Assembly (NCBI GenBank): GCA_028534125.1
Contig: CM052829.1
Span: 4,650,001 to 4,714,000 of the forward strand
DNA from: Lama glama
Taxonomy: Eukaryota
Direction: 5' to 3'
Length of the DNA stretch: 64,000 bases
Within the stretch, counting starts at the first letter, position 1; each line of letters opens with the position of its first letter. Under the pieces are notes generated by a model. It was not told where the DNA came from. It worked only from the letters and a program-made list of their open reading frames with translations, and did no database searches. Made by a program: the position numbers and the translations under genes. Shown one piece after another: positions 1 through 11,979 of the stretch.

Positions 1-80
1 GCTCTAATAAAGGACACTGAGGGAGGACGAAGTTTCTAGGGAGAGGGAAGAGCACGTGATTGCCTATGGACACACTGTGG
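1..80 (+). pseudogene. Pseudo-exon (3' part): ..RTLREDEVSREREEHVIAYGHTV
   Basis: Consensus donor G|GTAAGT at 81; ends in phase 1, matching the next exon. Confidence 0.6.
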
Positions 81-192
81 GTAAGTCCTCGTGAAACGTC
101 CTAAGGGGGCAAGTGTAGAACTCAAACACCACCAGGAGACTGGAAGAGTAATTCTATAATGTTATCTACGTGATGGTATTGTTTTGTTCCAG

Positions 193-352
193 GTTTTAAA
201 ATATCTGAAATAAGATGGATCAATCTGTTAAATACACTAAGAACTTTAAGGAGCAATTTTGTAACAAGGATGTTAGAATCCCCTGATTCCTAATTCTGGG
301 CTTTGTCTGATAGACCACAGTTTTCCATCATATGCAAAGAAGAAATGCATGC
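193..352 (+). pseudogene. Pseudo-exon: GFKISEIRWINLLNTLRTLRSNFVTRMLESPDS*FWALSDRPQFSIICKEEMH
   Basis: Acceptor ttttgttccAG, donor GTAAGA; 160 nt, phase 1 to 2, one stop. Confidence 0.65.
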
Positions 353-746
353 GTAAGAGTTTGGTGGGGACAGACGGCAGTGACATCAGACTGGAACAGA
401 ATGCTCGTTGGGAAGCTGGTGATCTGGGACCTAGTTCAGTCCAGCCAGCACTCATTGTGTGGCCTTGGGCCAGCTGCAACCTCCCTGAAGCCTGTACATG
501 AGATGGAGAGAGGGGCAAGAAAATCCCTTAGGTCATTTAGAGTTGTAAAATCCTGAAATTCGAATGGACTGCAGCCATTAAAAAAATCAAACTGAATCTG
601 TTTATTAAACTATAAATGTATTTGCATAAGGAAAATTCCAACACTAATTTATCCATAACACTGTGTGACACCCTAATGTGAAATATTACATGAAAATAAT
701 ATAATACATAATCTCAATCAAAATGCACATCTATTTCTTTGCTCAG

Positions 747-972
747 TTTATTTTACCATCAGTTTCCAATATTTTTGGATATGTAATTGCTGGTTGTGAA
801 TTAGAAAAGCCAATCCTTTCATCACAGTTTCCATATCTTCAAATTAAGTTCTTGGAAATCATCAGTTTTGTGTACATGACTGGAGAATTCAGTCACCAAA
901 ATACGCATCCATCACCAAAAACAATCATCAAACACTGTTCACTGTTCTTCAAGGTTTTGACTGTTTCTTTAA
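747..972 (+). pseudogene. Pseudo-exon: FILPSVSNIFGYVIAGCELEKPILSSQFPYLQIKFLEIISF...
   Basis: Acceptor tttctttgctcAG; open frame (ORF 723-977); donor GTTAGT at 973 (alternative at 954); phase link to the previous exon not resolved. Confidence 0.45.
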
Positions 973-1232
973 GTTAGTATCACACACGTTCATGAACTGG
1001 GTATAAATAACAAATATCTTTCAAATTAATCTAAAATGTGACTTGATTTTCTTTTATAATAATAACACTCAACATGTTTTTTGAGTCATACATACACAAA
1101 AGGCACCTACTGCCAAGAATTAGTAGTGAAAACCATCCCATAATGCATTTCATTTCGGCACGGTAAGAGCTTCTTTTGTTTTATAATAATCAGCAAAATG
1201 GACACATTTACCCCAATTTGTACAAGTGTCAG

Positions 1233-1422
1233 GCCATTGTAGAAACGGTGATTGAAGACCAGCATTGCAGAAGGGCTGGAGAGGAAGCAACCTGGTGCTG
1301 AGTTTGCAGAAAGAAATTGCTGCTTCCAATTGCTTCTGATGACAAAAAGAAAGAGCTGGACGGTCTGAATCTTCTCATAGCAAATTTCAAAACCATGAAG
1401 ATGAATTTCCTTTTATAAAAAG
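1233..1422 (+). pseudogene. Pseudo-exon ending ...AGRSESSHSKFQNHEDEFPFIK
   Basis: Strong donor AG|GTAAGA at 1423; 190 nt in one frame (phase 1 to 2) with three TGA stops; acceptor weak. Confidence 0.5.
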
Positions 1423-2429
1423 GTAAGAGGAACATTTTTGTAGCTAGTAAATGAGAGACGCAGGAAGTAGCATTTGAGCTGAGATTTCTTAACCAAGGAC
1501 TCTGCTTAGCTTCTAACTTTTTGGCTCTAAGGGACCGGTTTGACCTGATAATTTCTTGAGGGAGGCAGTGATATTTCTTTTAAGTGGTGTGATCCTGTGT
1601 GTATATTAACATCAGGATGTGTATCACCTCCTAGGCTTTGATTTCAGATTAGTGCTACTATGGAAGAATTTTTCCCAATGGTTCCTTTGCTTTAAATGTC
1701 CTGATTTTATTCAAAAGCTTTATTTAGTGAGGAAAAGAAAATTGTAATGTTTTTCTTCAAGTGATTCAAATAAGAATTCTTTTCAAGAAAAAAAAATCTT
1801 GCCAGAATATTCAAATTAATGCTTTTATTGCTAACAATTTAATCTACAATATTTTAAAAACATTCTCGAAAAACTTGATCTGCTTTTTGTGGACAAGATA
1901 AGCATCTGATTTTATCTTGAATATTTTAGACATTTATTTTAATAAGAAAGGAAAGAATGCCATCAATATATTGGTTAAAGTTCAGTGGATTTGGAATGAA
2001 TGCTAAAATCGGTAGGCCTCATTTTTCCCCCTATGCTATTAGTTTACTAGATCAAAGGTTAGCTCAGTGTAGACTAACTCATATACAGTGTATTTCAATT
2101 ACACATCATCATTCTATTAATACTCTCTTTTGCTTAGAGTTGGTCACTATTGAATATAAGCTGTTTAAATTTCATCTTTAAAGTGAAAAACTTAAAGATT
2201 CATATTCAAGAGAGCTCGCTATAGATTTCTGCGTCTGAAATTAAATGAAATTAAATTGACACCATCTAAGTTTCACCTAGCAAGAGAAAACAAGATTTAC
2301 CTTGATTTTTTGCTATTGTTATTTTTTAAACCTTGTGCTACAATTTTTGATTTTTGTTCCGTCTGTTTTGCGTAACATTGCAAGTTCACAACTCCTACTG
2401 TCTAGCTTCAAATATGTCAACTTCTCCAC

Positions 2430-2930
2430 CTGCTGTCCCCATTCCTTCCAAAGACTTGTGACGACTGTGTTGGAGCAGAGCCTCAAATCGTCCATCAGGA
2501 GTCCCAGGGCTTCCCTGACGAAGATGATGGGGTCGCTCACTCCTGCGGGAGTTTCTCCGACCTCTCACCTTACTAGCTGTCCATCCCCACATCTCCACAT
2601 CAAACGGACTCGATGTGGTCACCTGTCCATGCTTGTGTTTGCCCACGTTTGCTTGCACTGGTTTCTGCACCTGGAGCATCCCGCTCCAGCGCCCGATGTA
2701 TAACTCCTACGCATCCTTCTCACCCCAGTGCAAATGATACCACGTCTGGGGTCCTCTGGCTGGAAATTCAGTAGGAATTTCAACTCTACTTCTCATGATG
2801 TCATTGCTTGTCACTGGTTGGAGTTACACATGTGATGGGTGACATCTTCTCTTTCAGAGTGACAGGTTCTCGAAGTGAAAGTTGATGTAACAGTTACGTT
2901 GCTCACACACCATTAGCTTAGTGTGTAGCA
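2430..2930 (+). mobile_element. Ancient L2 LINE fragment
   Basis: Pyrimidine-rich L2-like phrases (e.g. tttgcccacgttgcttgcact..ctggagcatcc); boundaries approximate. Confidence 0.4.
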
Positions 2931-3098
2931 CGCGGCCGCCAGAGGCTCACGGATGATGCACAATGTGACCCCTTGGCTCAAGGCGCAGTGACATCAGGAC
3001 ACAGGTCTAAACGGCAAGCTCAAAAACTGCCAGGGCTGCCAAAACGCAGCTGAGGTCAGTGTAGGAGCTGTGCCTGGGGACGTGCCACAGGGGCCACA

Positions 3099-5301
3099 GC
3101 GGGTACGAGGTGGCGGAATAGAAGGACGCGGAGCTCACCCTCTCTGAAAATACAGCAAAAACATGTCTACGTATGGAACCCTTCTCACGGGATACGCACT
3201 GAACTCTGGCAGAAAATCTCGTACAAGTGGAACTACGAGGGAAATCATTACAAAACAAGGTAGAAAAAGAGAGAAGAAATCGGGGTGGGTCTTGTCGCCT
3301 GTGAGGGAGAGGTGAAAGCGGAAAAGCACCATCCTGGGAGGCCCCTCTCCGGGGGGCGGCCAGCTGGGACAGAGGGCGCGCAGAGGCTCGGGCCAGAGCA
3401 CGGGCGCTGCTTCGCCGCACGCAGAACGGAGAGAACCGGCCCGGGGGCCCCTAGGGGAGACGCAGCCGGCTGGCGTGTGCCGGGCCCGGGTGCGGGAGGC
3501 CGGGCCCCGCAGGGCGGACCCAGGGGGCGCGCTGGGGCTGACTGGGCCGCAGGGGGCTGGCGTGTGGTGCGAGCTGGCGCGGGCGTGCGTGCAAAGGAGC
3601 CTGGGTCCACCGCCGAAGGCTGCACTGGTGGTGTGCACAAACGGAGGGGCGCACGCTGCCTGCAGGGCGTGGCCTGGCTGTAAAGCCCCCATTATTAACA
3701 CACTCTCTCCAAGAGAGGAGAGAAACTTTGTCATAGCAACCCTGGTCCCTGCAAGCCTACAGAGTGTAGGACAAGGCTGAACCTTCCAGACTTCAGGCAC
3801 TACTGCAGAGCTACAGGAATCAAAACAGTGAGGTACTGGCACAAAAACGGACACATGGATCAGTGGAACCGGATAAAGAGCCCAGAAATAAACCCACATA
3901 CCTAACGGCCAATCTTCAACAAAGGCGGCAAGAATATATAATGGAGAAAAGACAGACTCCTGGACAAGTCATGTAGGGAAAGCTGGACAGCCACATATAC
4001 CTCAGGGAAGTTAGAACACTCCCTCACACTATATATAAAAATAAACTCAAAATGGCTTAAAGATTTAAACATAAGGCAAGATGCTATAAACCTCCTAGAA
4101 GAGAACATAGGCAAAACATTCTCTGACATAAATCTTAGCAATGTTGTCCTAGGGCAGTCTCCCCAGGCAAGAGAAGTAAAAGCCAAAATAAACAAAGGGG
4201 ACCTAATTAAACTTATAAGCTTTTGTACAGCAGAGGAAACTATAGACAAAACAAAACAAAACGAAAACAACCTACCTACTGGGAGATCATTTGCAAATGA
4301 TGCGACTGACGAGGGTTTAACTTCCAGAAATATACAGCTTATATAACTCAAAACCAAAAAACCAAACAATCCAATCAAAAAATGGGCAGAAGATCTAAAC
4401 AAACATTTCTCCAGTGAAGACATACCAATGGCCAATGGGCACATGAAAAAATGCTCAGTATCACTAATTATCAGAGAAATGCAAATCAAAACAGCAATGA
4501 GGTATCACCTCACACCAGTCAGAATAGCCATCATTAAAAAGTCCACAAACGATAAATGCTGGACAGGGTGTGGGGAAAAAGGAACCTTCCTACACTCTTG
4601 GTGGGAATGTAGTTTGGTACGGCCATTATGGAAAACAGTATGGAGATTCTTTAAAAAACTAAATATAGACTTACTCGATGATCCAGCAATCACACTCCTG
4701 GGTGAATATCCAGAAGAAACTCTAATTTGAAGATNNNNNNNNNNNNNNNNNNNNNNNNNNNNNNNNNNNNNNNNNNNNNNNNNNNNNNNNNNNNNNNNNN
4801 NNNNNNNNNNNNNNNNNNNNNNNNNNNNNNNNNNNNNNNNNNNNNNNNNNNNNNNNNNNNNNNNNNNNNNNNNNNNNNNNNNNAATGGACCTAGAGATCG
4901 TCATACTAAGTGAAGTGAGCCAGAAAGAGAAAGAAAAATACCATATGATATCACTCATATGTGGAATCTAGAACCAAAAAAAAAAAGGACACAAATGAAC
5001 TTATTTACAAAATAGAGACAGACTCACAGACATAGAAAAAAACATGGTTATCAGGGGGTAGAAGGGGTGGGGAGGGATAAATTGGGAGTTCAGGACTTGC
5101 AGATACTGACTACCATGTATAAAATAGATAAACAACAAGGTCCTACAGGGAACTATATTTAATACCTTGTAATGGCCTATAATGGAAAAGACTATGGAAA
5201 GGAATATATATATATATATATACATGTAACTGAATCACTATGCTGTATACCAGAAATTAATACAACATTGTTAATCAACTACAATTTAATAATAAAAAAA
5301 A
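3099..5301 (+). mobile_element. LINE-1 with large internal deletion: CpG-rich 5'UTR (~3100-3760) joined to ORF2 C-terminus and 3'UTR/poly(A)
   Basis: L1-like 5' start gaggtggcggaatagaaggacgcggagctcacc; ORF2 C-terminal peptide [32 protein letters not shown] (4428-4730); 3'UTR and A-tail ending 5301; candidate TSD ACAG(G/C)GGCCACA at 3087-3098 and 5306-5317. Confidence 0.85.
4735..4883. other. Assembly gap (N run) inside L1
   Basis: Run of N. Confidence 1.
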
Positions 5302-5879
5302 CAAGACAGCGGCCACACGTGGGAGTGAATACTGAGATGATCCAAAGGTGGCAGAGCTCAGGAAATGATGGCAAAAATACATTTTTGTATCTCCTCCCTG
5401 AAGTGACAAACTAATATCCCACACATAAGACAAGAGCGCCAGATCTGAGGAGGACAGAATGGAGGTCAGGCAGAGGCTCTGCAGAGAGGAAATGTGAGGA
5501 AGAACCAGCCGGCCCGGGGGCAGATGTCAGAGAACGCCTCAACACTTGCTTCTCGGAGGTGAGGCAGTCGGTACAAAGGACACACCTCTTCACATAGCGA
5601 TGGGCTGGAGCAAGGGTGGAGGGCAGGCCCAGGGCAGATGCCCTCCTCGATGGATTTGGTTTGGGGAAGCAGAGAAGACAATCCCTTCTAGATAATTCAG
5701 TAAGGCAGGCAGAATTTATCTTTGTAGGGTAGACCCTCTTTCTCTCGCAGGAAGATCCTCCAATGGCTGGAAAGTCCAAGTCATCTCACAGTGAGTGAGA
5801 TGAAACAAAATCTAGTGTAGCATTGACACTCTAAGAACAAATAAAAGAAGGAAAAGTGAAACTCGCTAGAGGAAGAACA

Positions 5880-8760
5880 TTCACACACACGCAAAGACAC
5901 AATGTCTCCAGTGTGCCAAGGATGATGGATCGCCTGACTGAATAATAAAACGACTGATAGAAACTAGTAAGTTAATGCAGCGATCACCAGTATGAAGACA
6001 GCCCCTAGAGCAAAACCACAAAATCTCAAGGAACAGACAGCAAGACAACTGGAAGAAATGAACACCAGAACCCAGGAAAGAAGTAAAAGGAAAAAATCAT
6101 AGTTGTGAAGGTCAGATTGAAGGAAGCACAGAAGAGCCCTGGAGAAAACACAGGAAAGACACAGATAACAGGAGTGAGGAAAAGAAAAATGAAACAGGCG
6201 ATTTGAAATGACTAGAGATAATGTGAGGGACAGAGAAGGCAGGCGTAGAGAGTTTTAAAGCACATGTGTAATTGAAACTCTTGCAGAGGGAAAGTACACT
6301 GGAACAGAATAAATATTAAAAGACTTCATTCAAGAAATTGTAGTTAAAGTAGCGGAAAACTTGAACTCTTATTCTAAAGAGCACAGCGTGTTAGTGAAAG
6401 CTGGCCCAGGATGCTCAGCACCAGGTGGGTCTGTAACCCAACCTCCCCATCCTGGAGATGGGGGTGGGAGGGGGAGGGGGGAGGGAAGAGGAGGGAAAAA
6501 ACTGACCAAATGTCCTTGTAAACACACTCTGATCTCCTGATCGTGTTTATTAGGGGAAACATACTGGAAGAAAATGTCAGCTGTTGGAATAAAAAGTGGG
6601 GGTGTTTCAGGATCGACAGTAATGCTCTCCACATATTCTTTGGAGACCTCAAGTGTTAAATCTGGAAACGAGGGCATCCTAATGTTTCTAGGAAGGACCT
6701 GGGGAGCTACACAGACAGTTTGACTTACATTTTTCCTGTGTCTTGCAGTTATTTGAATTATTGATGAAAAGGCAAGATCTCTGGTTCTTGTGAGCCTGAT
6801 TTGACAATCCAATCCTATGCATTATCTCACCAAGACGTATCCTATGTTACTGAGTTTCAACTATAAAGAAAAATAATTGGGCAGCCAGGTGAAAGAATCA
6901 AGTCACTTCTAAGGGGAAAATTCACTTTGGTCTCACAATCCTCCACAGCTACTTTCCTGGTAGGAAGACTATAGATACATATCTATACAAGGACATATTT
7001 TGTTTCCTCTAGAAAGAGTCAGAGATTTTTGGCACAGTCGGACTAGTCTTCAAGCACAGAGGCTAAAGACTAACAGTTTTGGAAATGTGACGTTAGGGAA
7101 GATGGTTTCTCTCCTCTACAAAGAAACTACTGGAGGTCAATTCTCAGCCCAGAGATGACAAACATGATCAGCGCTGGGTACTGCAGACTTAACTGAAGAA
7201 CTAAGACTAAAACAATGTGGGATGGCAAAACAGTGTAAGTATCAAATGCTCTGACAGTGTACAAATGACATAACTAACAAAATGTAAGAGGAAGAAGGGG
7301 AAAGGAGACGGGAAGTGGAGTTCATATGCTGATGGCCTCATTTGCAATAGTTTGGGGTTCAAGAGCATCATTTGAAGCTGATGCATCAAGTGACAGACAA
7401 ATAAGGGTATCTAACAGAAGTAAAGGTAAATATTAAGTAACTTGACTTTATTTAAACAACTTCTATGTCAAAGAGGTAATACAAATTAGAGTAAATAGAA
7501 AACAACATAATAAAAAGACAGCATATCAGAAGGTACGAGAGGTCACTAAAATGCTCAGAAAAAGATGCCTTATCTTAAATCTTTATATTAATTAAAAACA
7601 AAGAATTAATAAAATTCAACTAACTCAAAAAGTTAGGAAAAGAGCAACAAAACAAACAGAGGAAATTTTTAAAGGGAAAATCTGAATTTATCAACAAGCA
7701 AATCAAAATAGCAGAACCACAAAATAAATCCAAAAGATGGTTTTCAAAAGAAAAAAAACTCAAAGATATAACCCAATAGTTAATCTAATCAAGAAAAAAA
7801 TGGATAATGTGCAAGCAAGAAATAAAAGCAGCATTGGGAGGGCAAGAGGTGGAGAGTAACAAAAAATAGAGGGTATCAAAAGAAACATAGGGCATTACTT
7901 TGTTCAACTCCATGCAAATAAATTTGAAATTTGGATAAACTGAAAAAATTCCTAGGAAAATACAATTTGCCAAAACTGACCCCAGAGGAGATAGAGACTC
8001 TAAAAAGACTTGATATCTATGGGAGAAAGAGAAAAGGCTATGAAAGAGCCACTCTCCCCACCAAGCAAAAAGGAAAAAAATCACTAGCTCCAGACAGGAG
8101 AATTCCACCAATCTAGAATTTAGGGTGAAAATATGAGGAAACTTGTACATTTTTTCTCTGGAAGAATACTACTATATCCAAACACAAAAATTATAGAGAA
8201 AGTAACTAGCGCAATGTCACTTATTAACATTAAAGCATAAATCTTAAAACAAATATTAGCAAACTAAATCCAGAAGCATGTCAAAAAACTGATACACCAT
8301 TACCAAGTGTAGTTTATTTCAGAAATGTAAAGCTGATTTATTATTAAGAATTCTATTAATAAAATTTATCCTATTAAGGATTAAATAAAAAATATTTATG
8401 ATCATTTCAAAGATGTTGATAAAACACTGGATAATATTCAACACACATTATTGATACAAACAAAATAAAAAAGAGCACTTCTTTAATATGTTAAAATATA
8501 TCTGTCTCAATCCAAAAGTCAGTACCATGCTTAATGAAGACGTATCAGGAGTTCTCCCACTAAAGTTCAATGCTGTGATGTGAGAGAAAGAAATTCGAGG
8601 TGAAAAGTTGGAAAGGAGAAGACAAAATAGGCACTTTGGGAAGAATACGTATTTGACACCTGGAAAATGCAAAAGAATCAACTGAATAAGCAAAAGAATT
8701 TAATAAAGTAGTCAAGTTGAAAGTAAATACACAGACCTCAATAGCTTACACATAGCCTAC
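5880..8760 (+). mobile_element. Highly decayed ancient L1 (ORF1 and ORF2 remnants)
   Basis: A-rich + strand; ORF2-like peptide DKLKKFLGKYNLPKLTPEEIETL (7931-8116); ORF1-like phrases at 6300-6420 and 6825-7100. Confidence 0.7.
6424..6825 (-). other. Non-L1 insert within the old L1; open frame with motif resemblance to bornavirus matrix protein (candidate EBLM)
   Basis: L1 ORF1-like sequence breaks near 6423 and resumes near 6826; minus-strand frame 6369-6812 is open and contains MPSFPDLTLEV, ITVDPE and DIFFQ. Confidence 0.3.
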
Positions 8761-8786
8761 ACGGAGAAAGCTTTAAAACAGTAATT

Positions 8787-8915
8787 GGAGAGTGAGGGTA
8801 TAGCTCAGTGGTAGAGCATGTGCTTAGCATGGATGCGGTCCTGGGTTCAATCCCCAGTATCTCCACTAAAATAAATTAATAAACCTAATTACCTCCCCCC
8901 AAAATTAAAAAAAAA
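8787..8915 (+). mobile_element. tRNA-derived SINE of camelid type (Vic-1-like)
   Basis: A box TAGCTCAGTGG, B box GGTTCAATCC, tail aaacctaattacctcccccc followed by poly(A). Confidence 0.85.
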
Positions 8916-9591
8916 CCCACTTGTTGAGTTCTTGGCTCACAGGAGTGAAAACTAACTAGATAATTTAAGCATAAAAGGAACTTATTGGAAAAGTATGAGA
9001 TAGCTTATAGAGTCACAGAAATCAACAACCAAAGTGAAGAAGCAGACCCCAGGAAGCAGGCAGGAATTAGGGAAGCTCTCCCCAGGCACAGGTAGTGTGA
9101 ACTAAGGACAACCCACTCTGGACCCACCACTGGGAAGAAGCATCTTCAGTTCTTCAGACTCTCAGTCAAGCTCAAATCCCCAACAGAGCCCAGTCGGCTG
9201 GACGTGGCTCGCAGGCTCAGCTCTTGGCTGGCTGGAAGGGCCTCAGGGTGGTCCCAGCCCACCTAGAGTGCTTGTAATGGCAGTGCTAGACCCCCAAAGA
9301 AAACCAATGATCTGTTCCCAGATGTCAGAGGGCAAAAGCAATGACCATCTTTACAGGAGCCCCTCCAACCAGGAAGCTGTGTCTCTCCATTTATTTCAGT
9401 CTTTTACATTCCGGAATGGTTTCTTTCATAGCGGTCCTGCAGCTTTCTTACTAAAGTTACTTCAAGGAGTTGCACAGTTTGGACCATAATACCTTATAAT
9501 TCTGAATGTGATCTTTTAAAAATTGAAGTTTCGAACTGACTGTTGCTAGGATCCAGAAAAGATTAGTAAATATTTTTAATTCATTTGACAG

Positions 9592-9703
9592 ATGAGAAGG
9601 CTGTTAAAGAAAAGTTGAACGTAGCTTGAAAAATTTTAAATAGCAACTGGGAAAAACGGAGAAGCACATCATTTTGGTGCCTCTGCCCATGCTGAAAGCA
9701 CGT
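9592..9703 (+). pseudogene. Pseudo-exon: DEKAVKEKLNVA*KILNS...
   Basis: Acceptor ttcatttgacAG; protein-like start; probable frameshift; donor uncertain. Confidence 0.4.
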
Positions 9704-9832
9704 GTTAAGTTCTAAGTAAAGGGAGAAATTTAACAAGTGTGAGAAGAAAGCTACAGGGAGCCCAGGCAGGTTGAAGATGTAAAGAAAGAGAAATGTTAAC
9801 AGTGACCCAAATCTAATTTCCTGCTTTTTAAG

Positions 9833-10069
9833 GAGCCGTGGGAAAAATAAAACACAAATGAAAATTACATAAAAGCAGGCAAAACCATGACCCTGAAAGA
9901 TTCAGAATGAAGTTTGGCAAATCTGATGTTACAGCTGATAGAACCGTAAAACAATTTTTTAAGAAGTACAGACTTAGCTGATAGAAAAATATGAACAGCA
10001 AATTGAACCAAAAGAAACGAACCAAATATTTCGACTACATCAAAAATGTGAAGTCATAAATTATGTCAG
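9833..10069 (+). pseudogene. Pseudo-exon: GAVGKIKHK*KLHKSRQNHDPERFRMKFGKSDVTADRTVKQFFKKYRLS**KNMNSKLNQKKRTKYFDYIKNVKS*IMS
   Basis: Acceptor ctgctttttaAG, donor CAG|GTTGGG; 237 nt, phase 1 to 1. Confidence 0.65.
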
Positions 10070-10374
10070 GTTGGGTACAAGTTTTTGATTGCTGAGATTT
10101 TAAATGCAGATTATTTGAATGGCAGATTATCACCGACAGTATTTCAAAGTTTTCAAAGTACGCAACTTACTTTTGCTTTTCCATTAAATGTTATTCATTT
10201 ACAATTAATATGCCAAATTTTCTTATCATTGAACTAAGTTCCTTATCTTTTAAAATTAATTCAAATTAATATATTCCAAGGTAGCATATTGAAAATACCA
10301 CCTTATCTGTTAGTTATGAACTCTTCTTCTCAAGAGTAGAAGTAATGGATCTGAATGTTAGCTTTCTTTCCCAG

Positions 10375-10585
10375 ACCTGCCAATCCTGAAAAAGCATGGT
10401 GAAAGTCTGCAATCAGAAGAGAAAGAAAGACTGACTACCTTACTTTGGAACTAGTTATAATTTGCTAGAGACTGTGTTGAAGTTTGCTTGTCAGCAAACC
10501 TTTACTCACAGATAGAGCAGATAGTTTAAATATGACAGGGAATTTATAAATTATTTAAAGTAAATAGTTTAGAAGATCTGCACAT
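10375..10585 (+). pseudogene. Pseudo-exon: DLPILKKHGESLQSEEKERLTTLLWN*L*FARDCVEVCLSANLYSQIEQIV*I*QGIYKLFKVNSLEDLH
   Basis: Strong acceptor ctttctttcccAG and donor GTAAGT; 211 nt, phase 1 to 2. Confidence 0.75.
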
Positions 10586-10660
10586 GTAAGTAGAATTGAT
10601 ATGCAAAAAATTACATTTAAATCTAACCTTTAAAGCAGGTTCTCCATAATACCTCTCTAG

Positions 10661-10790
10661 TAAAATCTGAATGAGATACTTCAAGGAACAAATTACTGTT
10701 CAAATGTGTGAAGATCTAAACTTTTTATTCATTGAAAATAGCTGTCTGTAGAACTGGTGGGAAATGTCCCGGCCCCGCTGGGTATACAAG
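10661..10790 (+). pseudogene. Pseudo-exon: KI*MRYFKEQITVQMCEDLNFLFIENSCL*NWWEMSRPRWVYK
   Basis: Acceptor cctctctAG after a 75-nt intron; phase 2 to 0; donor AAG|GT. Confidence 0.65.
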
Positions 10791-11469
10791 GTCTGAAGAG
10801 TACTTAGCGGCAGGACACCTTCTGCTCGCGTATGTTGGCACGTAGCAGGCATCAGTGGTTATTTGGTAAATAAGTGAGCCGCGATAAATCATTCAGTTAC
10901 TGAATGAGGCTGAGACCTCACCACCGATGGGTCTGCAAGATGTTCTCAGGGCAGAAATGCCCTGTTCTGGGCCAGAAGTTGCCTGGCCCACACTGAGAGT
11001 GAAGCCAACAGCTCATGGGAGGATGTCATGGCCATCTGTGGTCTCCTGTAAACATGGTGGTCTCCTGGCTGAAGATTTCTGCCAACTGGGCATTGCCAAG
11101 AGGTGGACGCAGCCTCTGAGGGTAAAAGCTTCAGAAAGTTTAGGTCATGGAGGGTTCCCCAATTCCCCTGGCTGGGACCTACCCAGGATCTTCCACTGCC
11201 TCTGCAAGATTCCAACCGGGCCTCGGGTCTCCCTTGGCATTCAGTAGTCTTTGACTTCCTGACTTCATGACCCTTGACCTGTGGGTCTCTGGCCAGATCC
11301 TGGGCATGTGGCCTTACATGTTGGGGACATTTTCTGTCTCTGTTACTAAGTCATACGATGAGGGGCTCACTGTAAATTAGAGCAGGAAGGAGCAGGGTGC
11401 ATATAAAATGGCATAGCCTGGAGAGAAGGACATTTCCCCAGTCTTGTGGCTCTCGGGAGGGGCAGCAGT

Positions 11470-11660
11470 ACAGAGCATGAGCCCTGAATCTGACGGCTTG
11501 GAGGCCAACCCCAGCCTGGGTGTCAGACCAGGCGAGTCACGGAGCCTCTGCAAGACGAAGTTATAATGGTATTTAATTTATGGGGCTGTTTTGAGAATTG
11601 AGAGGAAATACAAGCAAAACCCTCAGCAGACTGCTTGGCCGGAGTAAAGGATTAATAAAT
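11470..11660 (+). mobile_element. MIR SINE remnant
   Basis: MIR-like phrases (agagcatgagccctgaatctgac...ggggctgttttgagaattga). Confidence 0.5.
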
Positions 11661-11834
11661 ATCAGGGAAAAGGAAGGTCGGGTGAGCAGGTGGCGTGTAG
11701 AGGTTGTAGAATGCTCTCTGCCATCCAAGATGGTCATCCAGCAGCAGCCCTGGCCCTGCCCCGCACACGCCGGGCCTCGCCCCCATCCCCTCTGACTGCT
11801 CCTGGGCGGGCGACTGCCCCACTCACTTCCCTAG

Positions 11835-11979
11835 GGTTCCGTCCCTGTTCTCACAACGCTGACCAGCACATTCAGATCACAGAAGACGAGCAGGTTGCTC
11901 CACAGCATCTTGCTGAAGAGCAAGATGTTAAATACTGAACTGACCCCATGTTGCCCCTCCCCTCATATTTCATAAATTC
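11835..11979 (+). pseudogene. Pseudo-exon: ..HNADQHIQITEDEQVAPQHLAEEQDVKY*TDPMLPLPSYFIN
   Basis: Acceptor cttccctAG; ends in phase 2 at GTAAAC, matching the next exon; needs one internal frameshift. Confidence 0.6.

Noticed and set aside
532-2371. Extra candidate exons near 541-616, 1086-1162 and 2184-2371
   Set aside because: Plausible, but frames and phases are ambiguous, so they are not listed as features.
3007-3899. Overlapping long GC-rich ORFs (up to 254 aa)
   Set aside because: They lie in the L1 5'UTR/ORF2 region; open frames are explained by GC content and antisense L1.
3902-4489. 195-aa hydrophobic minus-strand ORF
   Set aside because: Antisense of L1 ORF2; the same applies to 52683-53138.
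8795-8866. tRNA-Ala-like gene
   Set aside because: Degenerate stems plus a SINE tail and poly(A); it is a SINE head.
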